Shown piece by piece: positions 1 to 11,695 of a stretch of DNA of 64,000 bases. The position numbers and the translations under genes were made by a program. Below the pieces are notes generated by a model that was given only the letters and a program-made list of their open reading frames with translations, was not told the origin of the DNA and made no database searches. The DNA comes from Escherichia phage BYEP01, in the sequence record OR757453.1; one strand, given 5' to 3'. Numbering within the stretch: position 1 is the stretch's first letter; every line of letters begins with the position of its first letter.

Positions 1-83
1 ACTCGCAAAGCAAAACAAATGGTTAAATTAGGATATAAGCCTAACTTTGCCAAATATCCTTCTACATATTCTTGGATGAACTA

Positions 84-632
84 ATGAAACAATACCAATT
101 TTTAATTAAAGATATCCTGGAAAATGGCTATGAAACTGATGATCGAACAGGCACAGGAACAATTGCTCTGTTCGGTACTAAATTACGCTGGGATTTAACT
201 AAAGGTTTTCCTGCAGTAACGACTAAGAAGCTCGCCTGGAAAGCTTGTATTGCTGAGCTCCTTTGGTTTTTATCAGGAAGTACTAACGTAAATGATTTAC
301 GATTAATTCAGCATAATTCATTAATTCAAGGTAAAACAGTCTGGGATGAAAATTACGAAAACCAAGCAAAAGATTTAGGATATCATAGTGGTGAACTTGG
401 TCCAATTTATGGAAAACAATGGCGTGATTTTGGTGGTGTAGATCAAATTGTAGAAGTTATTGATCGTATTAAAAAACTACCAAATGATAGGCGTCAAATC
501 GTTTCAGCATGGAATCCAGCTGAACTTAAATATATGGCATTACCGCCCTGTCATATGTTCTATCAGTTTAATGTGCGTAATGGTTATCTTGACCTTCAGT
601 GGTATCAACGATCAGTAGATGTTTTCTTGGGT
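84..632 (+). CDS. td: thymidylate synthase, exon 1 (ends ...RSVDVFLG; alternative upstream ATG at 72)
   Basis: Translation matches the thymidylate synthase family and T4 Td from memory; reading frame is broken by a stop at 633-635 and resumes at 896. Confidence 0.9.
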
Positions 633-895
633 TAATTGAGGCCTGAGTATAAGGTGACTTATACTTGTAATCTATCTAAACGGGGGACCTCTCTAGTAGA
701 CAATCCCGTGCTAAATGTGTAGGACTTTGGTTCTACCTAAATGCCTAACGACTATCCCTTTAGGGAGTAGGGTCAAGTGACTCGAAACGATAGACATCTT
801 GCTTCATCAAGATGGAGATATAGTCTGATCTGTATGGTGACATGCAGCTGGATATAATTCCGGGATAAGATTAACGACCTTATCTGAACATAATG
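633..895 (+). ncRNA. group I self-splicing intron in td, ~263 nt, no internal ORF
   Basis: Interrupts td between ...VFLG and LPFNIAS...; begins taattgaggcctgag right after exon-terminal U, contains gggtcaagtgactcgaaacg core-like segment, ends ...acataatg (terminal G) before exon 2; too short to hold an endonuclease ORF. Confidence 0.8.
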
Positions 896-1207
896 CTTCC
901 ATTTAATATTGCATCATATGCTGCATTAGTTCATATTGTAGCTAAGATGTGTAATCTTATTCCAGGAGATTTGATATTTTCTGGCGGTAATACTCATATC
1001 TATATGAATCACGTAGAACAATGTAAAGAAATTTTGCGTCGTGAACCTAAAGAGCTTTGTGAACTGGTAATAGGCGGATTGCCTTATAAATTCCGCTATC
1101 TTTCTACTAAAGAACAATTGGAATATGTTCTTAAACTCAGGCCTAAAGATTTCGTTCTTAAAGGTTACGAATCACACCCTCCTATTAAAGGAAAAATGGC
1201 GGTGTAA
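896..1207 (+). CDS. td: thymidylate synthase, exon 2 (LPFNIASYAALVHIV...KGKMAV)
   Basis: In-frame continuation of Td after the intron; conserved TS C-terminal region. Confidence 0.9.
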   Translation, partial: LPFNIASYAALVHIVAKMCNLIPGDLIFSGGNTHIYMNHVEQCKEILRREPKELCELVIGGLPYKFRYLSTKEQLEYVLKLRPKDFVLKGYESHPPIKGKMAV

Positions 1208-1230
1208 TTAATTATTAATTGTGAGGATAT

Positions 1231-1494
1231 ATGATTTTACGATTTAAGGATACTTCTGGCGTCGTTCTTTTTACACTTCCTAATCCAAGTGAGTTAGAAG
1301 TTCCAGGACCAGAACAGCCTATTATTATTTATGGCAAAAAATATTATACTCATAAAATGACTCGTGAGTATTTTGATAATAAAATTTCCACAGTTAAAAC
1401 TTCTTCTGATTGTTATTATGATATTACTGTTTTAACGGAAAAACAATATGACGAACTATTACCGCGCGGGCCGTCTATGCCGGGTAGTGAATAA
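1231..1494 (+). CDS. hypothetical small protein (nrdA.2 position)
   Basis: 87-aa ORF between td and nrdA; overlaps next ORF by 47 nt. Confidence 0.4.
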   Translation: MILRFKDTSGVVLFTLPNPSELEVPGPEQPIIIYGKKYYTHKMTREYFDNKISTVKTSSDCYYDITVLTEKQYDELLPRGPSMPGSE

Positions 1495-1774
1495 ATATAA
1501 ATCCGACTTTGATGTTAATATTCACCGTGGTACATTTTGGGGAAATTACGTCGGTAAAGATGCTGGCAGCCGGGAGGCTGCCATTGAATTATTCAAAAAA
1601 GATTTTATACGTCGAATTAAATCCGGAGAAATAACTAAAGCACATTTAGAGCCTTTACGTGGAATGAGGCTAGGATGCACATGTAAACCAAAGCCGTGTC
1701 ATGGTGATATAATAGCTCATATAGTTAACCGATTGTTTAAAGACGATTTTCAAGTTGAGGACTTATGCAATTAA
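1448..1774 (+). CDS. DUF4326-like protein (RVVNK...FWGN...GCTCKPxPCHGD motif), nrdA.1 position
   Basis: 108-aa ORF with conserved Cys/His motif [15 protein letters not shown]; overlaps nrdA start. Confidence 0.55.
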   Translation: MTNYYRAGRLCRVVNKYKSDFDVNIHRGTFWGNYVGKDAGSREAAIELFKKDFIRRIKSGEITKAHLEPLRGMRLGCTCKPKPCHGDIIAHIVNRLFKDDFQVEDLCN

Positions 1775-3198
1775 TTAATGTTATCAAAAGTAGTGGTGTT
1801 TCTCAGAGCTTTGACCCACAAAAAATTATTAAAGTTTTATCTTGGGCAGCTGAAGGAACATCTGTAGATCCTTATGAATTATATGAAAATATTAAATCAT
1901 ATCTCCGTGATGGAATGACCACTGATGACATTCAGACTATTGTCATTAAGGCTGCTGCGAATTCTATTTCGGTTGAAGAGCCTGATTATCAATATGTAGC
2001 TGCACGCTGTTTAATGTTTGCTCTTCGTAAGCATGTTTACGGGCAATATGAACCACGTTCATTTATTGACCATATTTCTTACTGCGTAAATGAAGGTAAA
2101 TATGACCCTGAATTGTTGTCAAAATATTCAGCAGAAGAAATTACATTTTTAGAATCAAAAATTAAGCACGAGCGGGATATGGAATTTACTTATTCCGGGG
2201 CGATGCAATTAAAAGAAAAATATCTAGTTAAAGATAAAACCACTGGTCAAATTTATGAAACTCCACAGTTTGCATTTATGGCTATTGGAATGGCACTGCA
2301 TCAAGATGAACCTGTTGATAGATTAAAACATGTCATTCGTTTTTATGAAGCAGTATCTACTCGACAGATTTCATTGCCAACTCCTATTATGGCTGGTTGT
2401 CGTACTCCAACTCGACAGTTTAGTTCATGCGTTGTTATTGAAGCAGGTGATTCGCTGAAGTCTATCAATAAGGCTTCTGCTTCAATTGTTGAGTATATTT
2501 CTAAACGAGCTGGAATTGGCATTAACGTTGGTATGATTCGTGCCGAAGGTTCTAAGATTAGCACAGGTGAAGTGCGTCATACTGGTGTTATTCCTTTTTG
2601 GAAACATTTTCAGACTGCAGTTAAATCATGCTCACAGGGTGGAATTCGTGGCGGCGCTGCTACTGCTTATTATCCTATTTGGCATTTGGAAGTTGAAAAT
2701 CTTCTCGTTTTGAAAAATAACAAAGGCGTAGAAGAAAACCGTATTCGTCATATGGATTATGGCGTCCAGCTGAATGATTTGATGATGGAACGTTTTGGAA
2801 AGAACGACTACATTACTTTGTTCAGTCCACATGAAATGGGTGGTGAGCTTTATTATTCTTATTTTAAAGACCAAGACCGTTTCCGTGAATTATATGAAGC
2901 CGCAGAAAAAGACCCTAATATTCGTAAAAAGCGTATTAAAGCCCGTGAACTGTTTGAATTGCTCATGACTGAACGATCAGGAACAGCAAGGATTTATGTA
3001 CAGTTCATAGATAATACGAATAACTATACTCCGTTTATTCGTGAAAAGGCACCTATTCGTCAGAGCAACTTGTGTTGTGAAATTGCTATTCCAACAAATG
3101 ATGTGAATAGTCAACAAACCCGTTTAATCAAAATTAAGAAGTCGGATGTAGCTAAGTTTTATGAAGCTAATCCTGGCGGTATAATTCAAAGCAAATAA
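1765..3198 (+). CDS. nrdA: ribonucleotide reductase large subunit, N-terminal fragment (477 aa), ends shortly after the SNLCCEIAIPTNDVN active-site segment
   Basis: Class Ia NrdA homology (ATP cone to NxCxE active-site loop); ORF terminates ~26 codons after the last recognisable NrdA residues. Confidence 0.85.
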   Translation: MQLINVIKSSGVSQSFDPQKIIKVLSWAAEGTSVDPYELYENIKSYLRDGMTTDDIQTIVIKAAANSISVEEPDYQYVAARCLMFALRKHVYGQYEPRSFIDHISYCVNEGKYDPELLSKYSAEEITFLESKIKHERDMEFTYSGAMQLKEKYLVKDKTTGQIYETPQFAFMAIGMALHQDEPVDRLKHVIRFYEAVSTRQISLPTPIMAGCRTPTRQFSSCVVIEAGDSLKSINKASASIVEYISKRAGIGINVGMIRAEGSKISTGEVRHTGVIPFWKHFQTAVKSCSQGGIRGGAATAYYPIWHLEVENLLVLKNNKGVEENRIRHMDYGVQLNDLMMERFGKNDYITLFSPHEMGGELYYSYFKDQDRFRELYEAAEKDPNIRKKRIKARELFELLMTERSGTARIYVQFIDNTNNYTPFIREKAPIRQSNLCCEIAIPTNDVNSQQTRLIKIKKSDVAKFYEANPGGIIQSK

Positions 3199-3246
3199 AG
3201 TACACAGACCGTTAATAATAAATAATCCATAACAAGAGGAAAAGTT

Positions 3247-3957
3247 ATGGATTATTCTAAAATTTACAATAACCTTATTTCTAAAGCTAAGAATAGAAAA
3301 TTAGATTGCTATACCGAATCACACCATATTATACCTCTGTGTATTGGCGGTTCTGATACAAAAGAAAACCTGGTAGATTTGACACCAGAAGAGCATTACA
3401 TAGCTCATCAATTATTAGTAAAGATATATCCAGATAATCATAAATTGATATTTGCCGCTAATATGATGTGTGTTTATTCTGAAGATAATATTGAACGAAA
3501 GAACACCAATAAACGTCATGGGTGGCTTAGAAGAAAATTGGCTATTTCTGTATCTGAAAATAATAAAGGCAAACCGGCTTGGAACAAAGGTATTCCTATG
3601 TCTCCAGAAGTTAAATCTCGACTTCAAACATCTTGGGTGTTTACATTTCCGGATGGTCATGAGGAAATTCATCGAGGTCTTAACGAATTTTGTAAAGAGC
3701 ATAATTTAAATGCATCTGCGATGTCAGCCGTTTGTAAAGGTAAACGGGCGCATCACAAAGGATTTAAGTGTAAGAAATTGGATAAGATTTCAGAGCTTGA
3801 TAATTTAGTTTTCGTCAGTAAACCTCATCCAAAGGGATTAAAACCCCATAACTTAATTGCTGTAAAAATAAACGGTATAGAATATCAATCAATACATCGA
3901 GCATCTAAAGCTTTAGGAATTACTAGAAAAAAGGTAGAAGAATTAAATGAATATTGA
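3247..3957 (+). CDS. HNH homing endonuclease, free-standing, inserted inside nrdA
   Basis: 236-aa ORF with N-terminal YSKIYNNLI...TESHHIIPLCIGGSDTKENLVDLTPEEHYIAHQLL HNH motif; paralogous to ORFs at 30598-31290 and 49730-50542. Confidence 0.8.
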   Translation: MDYSKIYNNLISKAKNRKLDCYTESHHIIPLCIGGSDTKENLVDLTPEEHYIAHQLLVKIYPDNHKLIFAANMMCVYSEDNIERKNTNKRHGWLRRKLAISVSENNKGKPAWNKGIPMSPEVKSRLQTSWVFTFPDGHEEIHRGLNEFCKEHNLNASAMSAVCKGKRAHHKGFKCKKLDKISELDNLVFVSKPHPKGLKPHNLIAVKINGIEYQSIHRASKALGITRKKVEELNEY

Positions 3958-4936
3958 TTATGAATTTGTAGATGAATTTTACGAAGATGATGAGTATACT
4001 ACAATAGAAGTTATTGAAAACAGGGGAGAAGTGGGGCTTTGTACCCTTAGCGCATTTGTGTTGGATAACTTCGATTGGCAAGACCAAGACAAAATTAATG
4101 AATTAGCAGAAGTTCAAGTTCGTGCTCTTGATAATCTTTTGGACTACCAAGGATATCCAGTTCCTGAAGCAGAAAAAGCTAAAAAGCGTCGAAACCTTGG
4201 CGTAGGTGTTACTAACTATGCAGCTTGGCTGGCAAGTAACTTTGCTTCTTATGAAGATGCTAACGATTTAACACATGAACTATTTGAGAGATTGCAGTAT
4301 GGACTCATTAAAGCATCCATTAAGCTCGCCAAAGAAAAAGGACCTTGCGAATATTATTCAGACACTCGTTGGTCTCGAGGCGAATTACCTATCGACTGGT
4401 ACAATAAAAAGATTGACCAAATCGCAGCTCCAAAATACGTTTGTGATTGGGACGAACTTCGATCTGAACTCAAACAGCATGGAATTCGAAATTCTACTTT
4501 ATCCGCGTTGATGCCGTGTGAATCATCCAGTCAGGTATCTAACAGTACAAACGGTATCGAGCCTCCACGTGGACCAGTCTCTGTTAAAGAATCAAAAGAG
4601 GGTTCCTTTAATCAAGTCGTGCCCAATATTGAGCATAACATAGACCTCTATGATTATACGTGGAAATTAGCTAAGAAAGGTAATAAACCTTATCTTACGC
4701 AGGTAGCTATTATGCTGAAATGGGTATGTCAATCAGCTTCAGCGAATACATATTATGACCCGCAGATTTTTCCAAAAGGAAAGGTTCCAATGTCTGTAAT
4801 GATTGATGACATGCTATACGGATGGTATTATGGCATTAAAAACTTCTATTATCATAATACCCGTGATGGTTCTGGTACTGATGATTATGAAATAGAAACT
4901 CCCAAAGCTGAAGATTGTTCATCCTGTAAATTATGA
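3947..4936 (+). CDS. nrdA: ribonucleotide reductase large subunit, C-terminal fragment (GEVGLCTLSAF... to C-terminal Cys pair)
   Basis: Class Ia NrdA C-terminal homology including the CTLSAF cysteine loop and C-terminal CSSCKL tail; own ATG overlapping the HNH gene stop. Confidence 0.8.
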   Translation: MNIDYEFVDEFYEDDEYTTIEVIENRGEVGLCTLSAFVLDNFDWQDQDKINELAEVQVRALDNLLDYQGYPVPEAEKAKKRRNLGVGVTNYAAWLASNFASYEDANDLTHELFERLQYGLIKASIKLAKEKGPCEYYSDTRWSRGELPIDWYNKKIDQIAAPKYVCDWDELRSELKQHGIRNSTLSALMPCESSSQVSNSTNGIEPPRGPVSVKESKEGSFNQVVPNIEHNIDLYDYTWKLAKKGNKPYLTQVAIMLKWVCQSASANTYYDPQIFPKGKVPMSVMIDDMLYGWYYGIKNFYYHNTRDGSGTDDYEIETPKAEDCSSCKL

Positions 4937-4987
4937 TATAATTTGACTCATGGACGAGTCACCAACTATTAACTAAGTGGAAAATTT

Positions 4988-5663
4988 ATGAGCACAGTTT
5001 TTAATACAAATCCAGTTGATGTTTTAACAGAACCTATGTTCTTCGGTTCAGGTCTTGGAATTGCACGTTATGATATTCAACGACATAAGGTATTTGAAGA
5101 ACTTATTGAACGTTCGCTCTCGTTTTTCTGGCGGCCTGAAGAAGTAAACTTAATGATGGATGCTGCACAATTTAACAAGCTCCCAGAACACCAAAAATCT
5201 ATATTTATCAATAACTTAAAATACCAGTCATTGTTAGACTCCATCCAGGGGCGTGCACCATCTGCGGTACTTATGCCATTGCTTTCAGATCCAAGCCTTG
5301 ATACATGGGTAGCAACATGGACTTTTAGCGAAACTATTCACAGTCGTTCATATACCCATATCATGCGTAACTTGTTCAATGACCCTGCTAAGGTATTTGA
5401 TGAGATTGTACTAGATGAAGCTATCATGAAACGTGCTGAATCTATCGGTCGCTATTATGATGATGTTCTGACTAAAACCCGTGAATGGGAAAATGCTAAA
5501 GAATTTACAGAACTAGCTAAAGAATCTCCTGATGCTGTTTTTCGTTTAAATCGAGCTATTAAACAAGAAGCCGAAGCTAAACGTGCTTTAATGAAATCTC
5601 TTTACCTCTGTTTGCACGTTATTAATGCCTTAGAAGCTATTCGTTTTTATGTATCTTTTGCGT
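4988..5663 (+). CDS. nrdB: ribonucleotide reductase small subunit, exon 1
   Basis: NrdB homology (…RFYVSFAC junction); frame broken by taa at 5663-5665. Confidence 0.85.
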
Positions 5664-5967
5664 AAAATGCGCCTTTAAACGGTAACGTTTATCGAAAACT
5701 CCTTTAATTGCTGGAAAGTCCTTTATAGGAAAACTAGCAGCCAAGGTTTTGCTTGCACCTTTAATTAGCATAATATAAATGATTATACTTTTAAGAGGAT
5801 GCACAATTGCAAAGCAAGGTTCAACGACTAGTCTTCGGACGTAGGGTCAAGCGACTCGAAATGGGGAGAATCCCTCTGGGATTGTGATATAGTCTGGTCT
5901 GCATAGTAATATGTAGCAGTTCATAAGAGAACGGGTTGAGAATTAGCGAGCTCAATCGAACATAACG
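5664..5967 (+). ncRNA. group I self-splicing intron in nrdB, ~304 nt, no internal ORF
   Basis: Separates NrdB ...SFAC from TFNFHKNMEIMEGNAKI...; contains gggtcaagcgactcgaaatgg segment nearly identical to the td intron core; boundaries inferred from restoring the NrdB frame. Confidence 0.7.
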
Positions 5968-6470
5968 GTACCTTTAACTTCCATAAGAACATGGAAATCA
6001 TGGAAGGTAATGCCAAGATTATGAAGTTCATTGCACGTGATGAGCAGCTTCACCTTAAAGGCACCCAATATATTATTCGTCAACTTCAATCCGGTACTGA
6101 TGGCGATGAATGGGTTAAAATTGCTCAAGAGTGTGAACAAGAAGCAGTTGATATTTTCATGGAAGTTAACCGCCAAGAAAAAGACTGGGCAGTTCATTTA
6201 TTTAAAGATGGCGATGTTCCTGGATTAAATACAAATAGCATGTGGAGCTTTATTGATTACTTAACTGTATCTCGTATGAAACAGTGCGGTCTTCCATGCC
6301 CAATTACCGATGCTCCGGTTAAACATCCGTATCCTTGGATTCGTGAATACCTTAATTCTGATAATGTTCAATCCGCGCCACAAGAAGTAGAACTGTCATC
6401 TTACCTTGTTGCACAGATTGATAATGATGTTGATGATAAAGTTATGATGAGTTTTAAAAAATACTTTTAA
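5968..6470 (+). CDS. nrdB: ribonucleotide reductase small subunit, exon 2
   Basis: In-frame NrdB C-terminal region (…EGNAKIMKFIARDEQLHL…SSYLVAQIDNDVDD…). Confidence 0.85.
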
Positions 6471-6474
6471 GGAG

Positions 6475-6497
6475 TGGGCCGCAAGGCCCATTTTATT
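6475..6497 (+). terminator. rho-independent terminator-like hairpin after nrdB
   Basis: tgggccgcaaggccca stem-loop followed by T-run. Confidence 0.5.
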
Positions 6498-8085
<1,588 letters not shown>

Positions 8086-8088
8086 GCT

Positions 8089-8118
8089 GTTTACAAGTCC
8101 CTCATGTTGTGTTACAGT
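8089..8118 (+). promoter_or_regulatory. T4 early-type promoter candidate (GTTTAC -35, TG-n-TACAGT -10) with downstream inverted repeat
   Basis: GTTTAC at 8089-8094, 18-nt spacer, TACAGT 8113-8118; near-identical module repeated at 21683-21745. Confidence 0.5.
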
Positions 8119-8149
8119 AGTCTTACTGACATAACATGAGGACTTTATG

Positions 8150-8653
8150 ATGGATTTACAGCTTATTACTACTGAAATGGTCGTTGAAGCATACGGTGAT
8201 ACTACAGATGGGATTTTTGTATTTAAAGGAAATCGTCGAGTTGGATATATCACCGATCTTAAGAAAGATTTAGCTAAGCAAGTCAAGCGGAAAACGACCA
8301 TTAAAGAATATCGAAATCGTCGTCTTGAGCAAGCCCGTGATATGCTTCCTGATGCAGTTGAGGAGATGAAAGTCTTTTTAGAAAATCAGCTTGCGAAATA
8401 TGATTGTGATGTGTTCATTAATCAGACTCAACCTAATGTTCATATCAATAATTGTAAATGCTACATCATCGTTAATCCTTTGACGGGAAAACATCGTCTT
8501 GGAATCAGTAATCCAAATCGTAGCGCATCGGATATGGCAGAAGATGTTGAGGCATGCTTTAAAATTTCTAAATCTCCTGCTGAACATCATATTTTAATTA
8601 ACGGTCTTTCTCAAGACGATATTATAGAGGTTATTAAAACTTTATGCAATTAA
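8150..8653 (+). CDS. early protein at alc position (possible Alc)
   Basis: 167-aa ORF adjacent to rnlA, where alc sits in T4; sequence not independently recognised. Confidence 0.45.
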   Translation: MDLQLITTEMVVEAYGDTTDGIFVFKGNRRVGYITDLKKDLAKQVKRKTTIKEYRNRRLEQARDMLPDAVEEMKVFLENQLAKYDCDVFINQTQPNVHINNCKCYIIVNPLTGKHRLGISNPNRSASDMAEDVEACFKISKSPAEHHILINGLSQDDIIEVIKTLCN

Positions 8654-8997
8654 GTAATACGACAGCAGGCTTGCTATTAATTGTAATTGCATTGGGCGGA
8701 ACTTCTTTAATTTTAAAAAATAAAATTGAAAGATTAGAAACGTCTGTTGTAGAAATTACAAAAACGGCCAATGAAAACGCTTTAGCATTAAATAATTTGC
8801 GAATTCAGTATAATTATATTGATGCGATGAATAATAAAAATCGTGAGGCAATTGCTGCTATTGAGCGTGAAAATGAAAAACTGCGCAAAGACGCAAAGAA
8901 GGCGGATGTGGTGGCTCATAAGCCAGGATTGGTTGAAAAACAAATCAACAACTCCTTCAACAAGTTCGCAGAAGACATCCAGGACCTTTCTAAATGA
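8644..8997 (+). CDS. inner-membrane spanin candidate (N-terminal TM segment + coiled coil)
   Basis: 117 aa; hydrophobic N-terminus LLLIVIALGG then charged helical region; followed by overlapping lipoprotein ORF. Confidence 0.5.
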   Translation: MQLSNTTAGLLLIVIALGGTSLILKNKIERLETSVVEITKTANENALALNNLRIQYNYIDAMNNKNREAIAAIERENEKLRKDAKKADVVAHKPGLVEKQINNSFNKFAEDIQDLSK

Positions 8998-9293
8998 TTA
9001 GACTATCAGCAGTAATATTATCTATTGGTCTTCTAGTTGGTTGTTCGACAAAGCCTCTAGAAGTAAAGAAAGAAACAGTTCATCCTAATTGGCCTGTACA
9101 AATAAAGTCATATGATGAAGCTAAACTATCTTGGCAAGTTAAAGTTATTGATGGTAAAGCTTGGGTTGGTATGCCATTTGAAGATTCCCAGGAATTTCGT
9201 ATTTGGCTTAATGATGTAAAACGATATGTACATGATCAGAAAACTATGATATGTTATTATCGCCAAGAGTTAAAAGAGGATAAATGCAAATGA
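8994..9293 (+). CDS. outer-membrane spanin candidate (lipoprotein)
   Basis: 99 aa; signal peptide with lipobox LLVGC; overlaps upstream ORF stop. Confidence 0.55.
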   Translation: MIRLSAVILSIGLLVGCSTKPLEVKKETVHPNWPVQIKSYDEAKLSWQVKVIDGKAWVGMPFEDSQEFRIWLNDVKRYVHDQKTMICYYRQELKEDKCK

Positions 9294-9516
9294 TTTCATG
9301 GCATCAATTTGAACATCTCAAAGGATTGATTTATGAATCCGAGATGGCTGCAATGATTTATGGACGCCAGATTCAACGATTAGAATCTTTACCTCCAACC
9401 AATGATGTTTTATTAGCTCAATCACGTGCTAATCTTAAAAATGAATATCAAAATAAGTGGGGTAAAGCATCTAAAGACCTGCATGATTATATTCAATCAT
9501 TAGTTGAGAAAAATAA

Positions 9517-9520
<4 letters not shown>
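9284..9520 (+). CDS. hypothetical protein
   Basis: 78-aa ORF in operon-like overlap. Confidence 0.4.
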
Positions 9521-10732
<1,212 letters not shown>

Positions 10733-10733
<1 letters not shown>

Positions 10734-10930
10734 TGGCTTTACATCATGAAACTTGGGCTATTATTATTGTAAATAGTGGTTTAGTTGGTACTAGTAATGG
10801 GCAATTTTGTGTATTCACTAGTGAAATCAGAGCTTGGGAGGAATGCCTTAAATTAAGAGAAAAGAATCCTGATGTTGAACTAACAGTAAAGAAAACTAAA
10901 CTGCCTTTACCATGGAAAACTTATGAATAA
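10733..10930 (+). CDS. hypothetical small protein
   Basis: 65-aa ORF. Confidence 0.35.
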
Positions 10931-11123
10931 CATAGAAAAGATTTATCAACTTTGCGATAAAATTGAAAAAGAAAAGAAATATCTATTTTGTTTATGGCCT
11001 ATTGTTGATGGAAGAATAGACTTAGATATTCTTGATTATGAAACAGAAGACATAGTAGATGGTTCAACTTTTGATAATGCGTTGGATGTTATTAATTGGC
11101 TTGAAGAAAATTATGTGGGGTGA
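10923..11123 (+). CDS. hypothetical small protein
   Basis: 66-aa ORF. Confidence 0.35.
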   Translation: MNNIEKIYQLCDKIEKEKKYLFCLWPIVDGRIDLDILDYETEDIVDGSTFDNALDVINWLEENYVG

Positions 11124-11401
11124 ATATGTTTCCGACTTATTCTAAAATCGTAGAAGTAGTGTTTAGTCAAATTATCGCTAATAATATGTTTGAAAAGCTT
11201 GATAACGCAGCCGAGCTTCGAATTCATGCTCAAGTGACTCATGTATTGAACACTTTGCTTCCAGACCAGGTGGATTCTATTGCAATTACGCTGTATCCGG
11301 GTTCCGCGCATATCATTGTCGTATTTGGTCTTGATGCTGAGCTAGTCATCAAAGGCGATATTCGCTTTGAATCACAGACATCAGAATTCAAAGCAATTTA
11401 A
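11120..11401 (+). CDS. hypothetical small protein
   Basis: 93-aa ORF. Confidence 0.35.
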   Translation: MNMFPTYSKIVEVVFSQIIANNMFEKLDNAAELRIHAQVTHVLNTLLPDQVDSIAITLYPGSAHIIVVFGLDAELVIKGDIRFESQTSEFKAI

Positions 11402-11403
11402 TG

Positions 11404-11433
11404 GTTTACTTTATGGTAGAGTTGTGATATTAT
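11404..11433 (+). promoter_or_regulatory. T4 early-type promoter candidate
   Basis: GTTTAC 11404-11409, TG-a-TATTAT ending 11433, flanked by ggtagag/ctctacc inverted repeat. Confidence 0.5.
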
Positions 11434-11695
11434 AGCTCTACCAAAACAAATGAGGAAAACAAAATGCTAAGTGAAAACCAATTACTGTTAAAGAATTCCA
11501 AGAAAAAGTTAAACTATTTGCTCAGGAATTGGTAAATAAGGTTTCTGAACGATTTCCAGAAACATCGGTTCGTGTTATTACCGAAACTCCTCGTTCAGTA
11601 TTAGTAATTGTGAATCCAGGTGATGGTGACCAAATAACACATCTCAAATTGGATTTTGATGGATTAGTTGAAGCACAAAGGGTGTATGGCGTACT

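Noticed and set aside
3120-4010. Considered whether the nrdA insert is a group I intron or intein
   Set aside because: Only ~50-60 nt of non-ORF sequence flank the HNH gene, insufficient for a ribozyme core, and none of the td/nrdB-type core motifs are present; stop codons exclude an intein.
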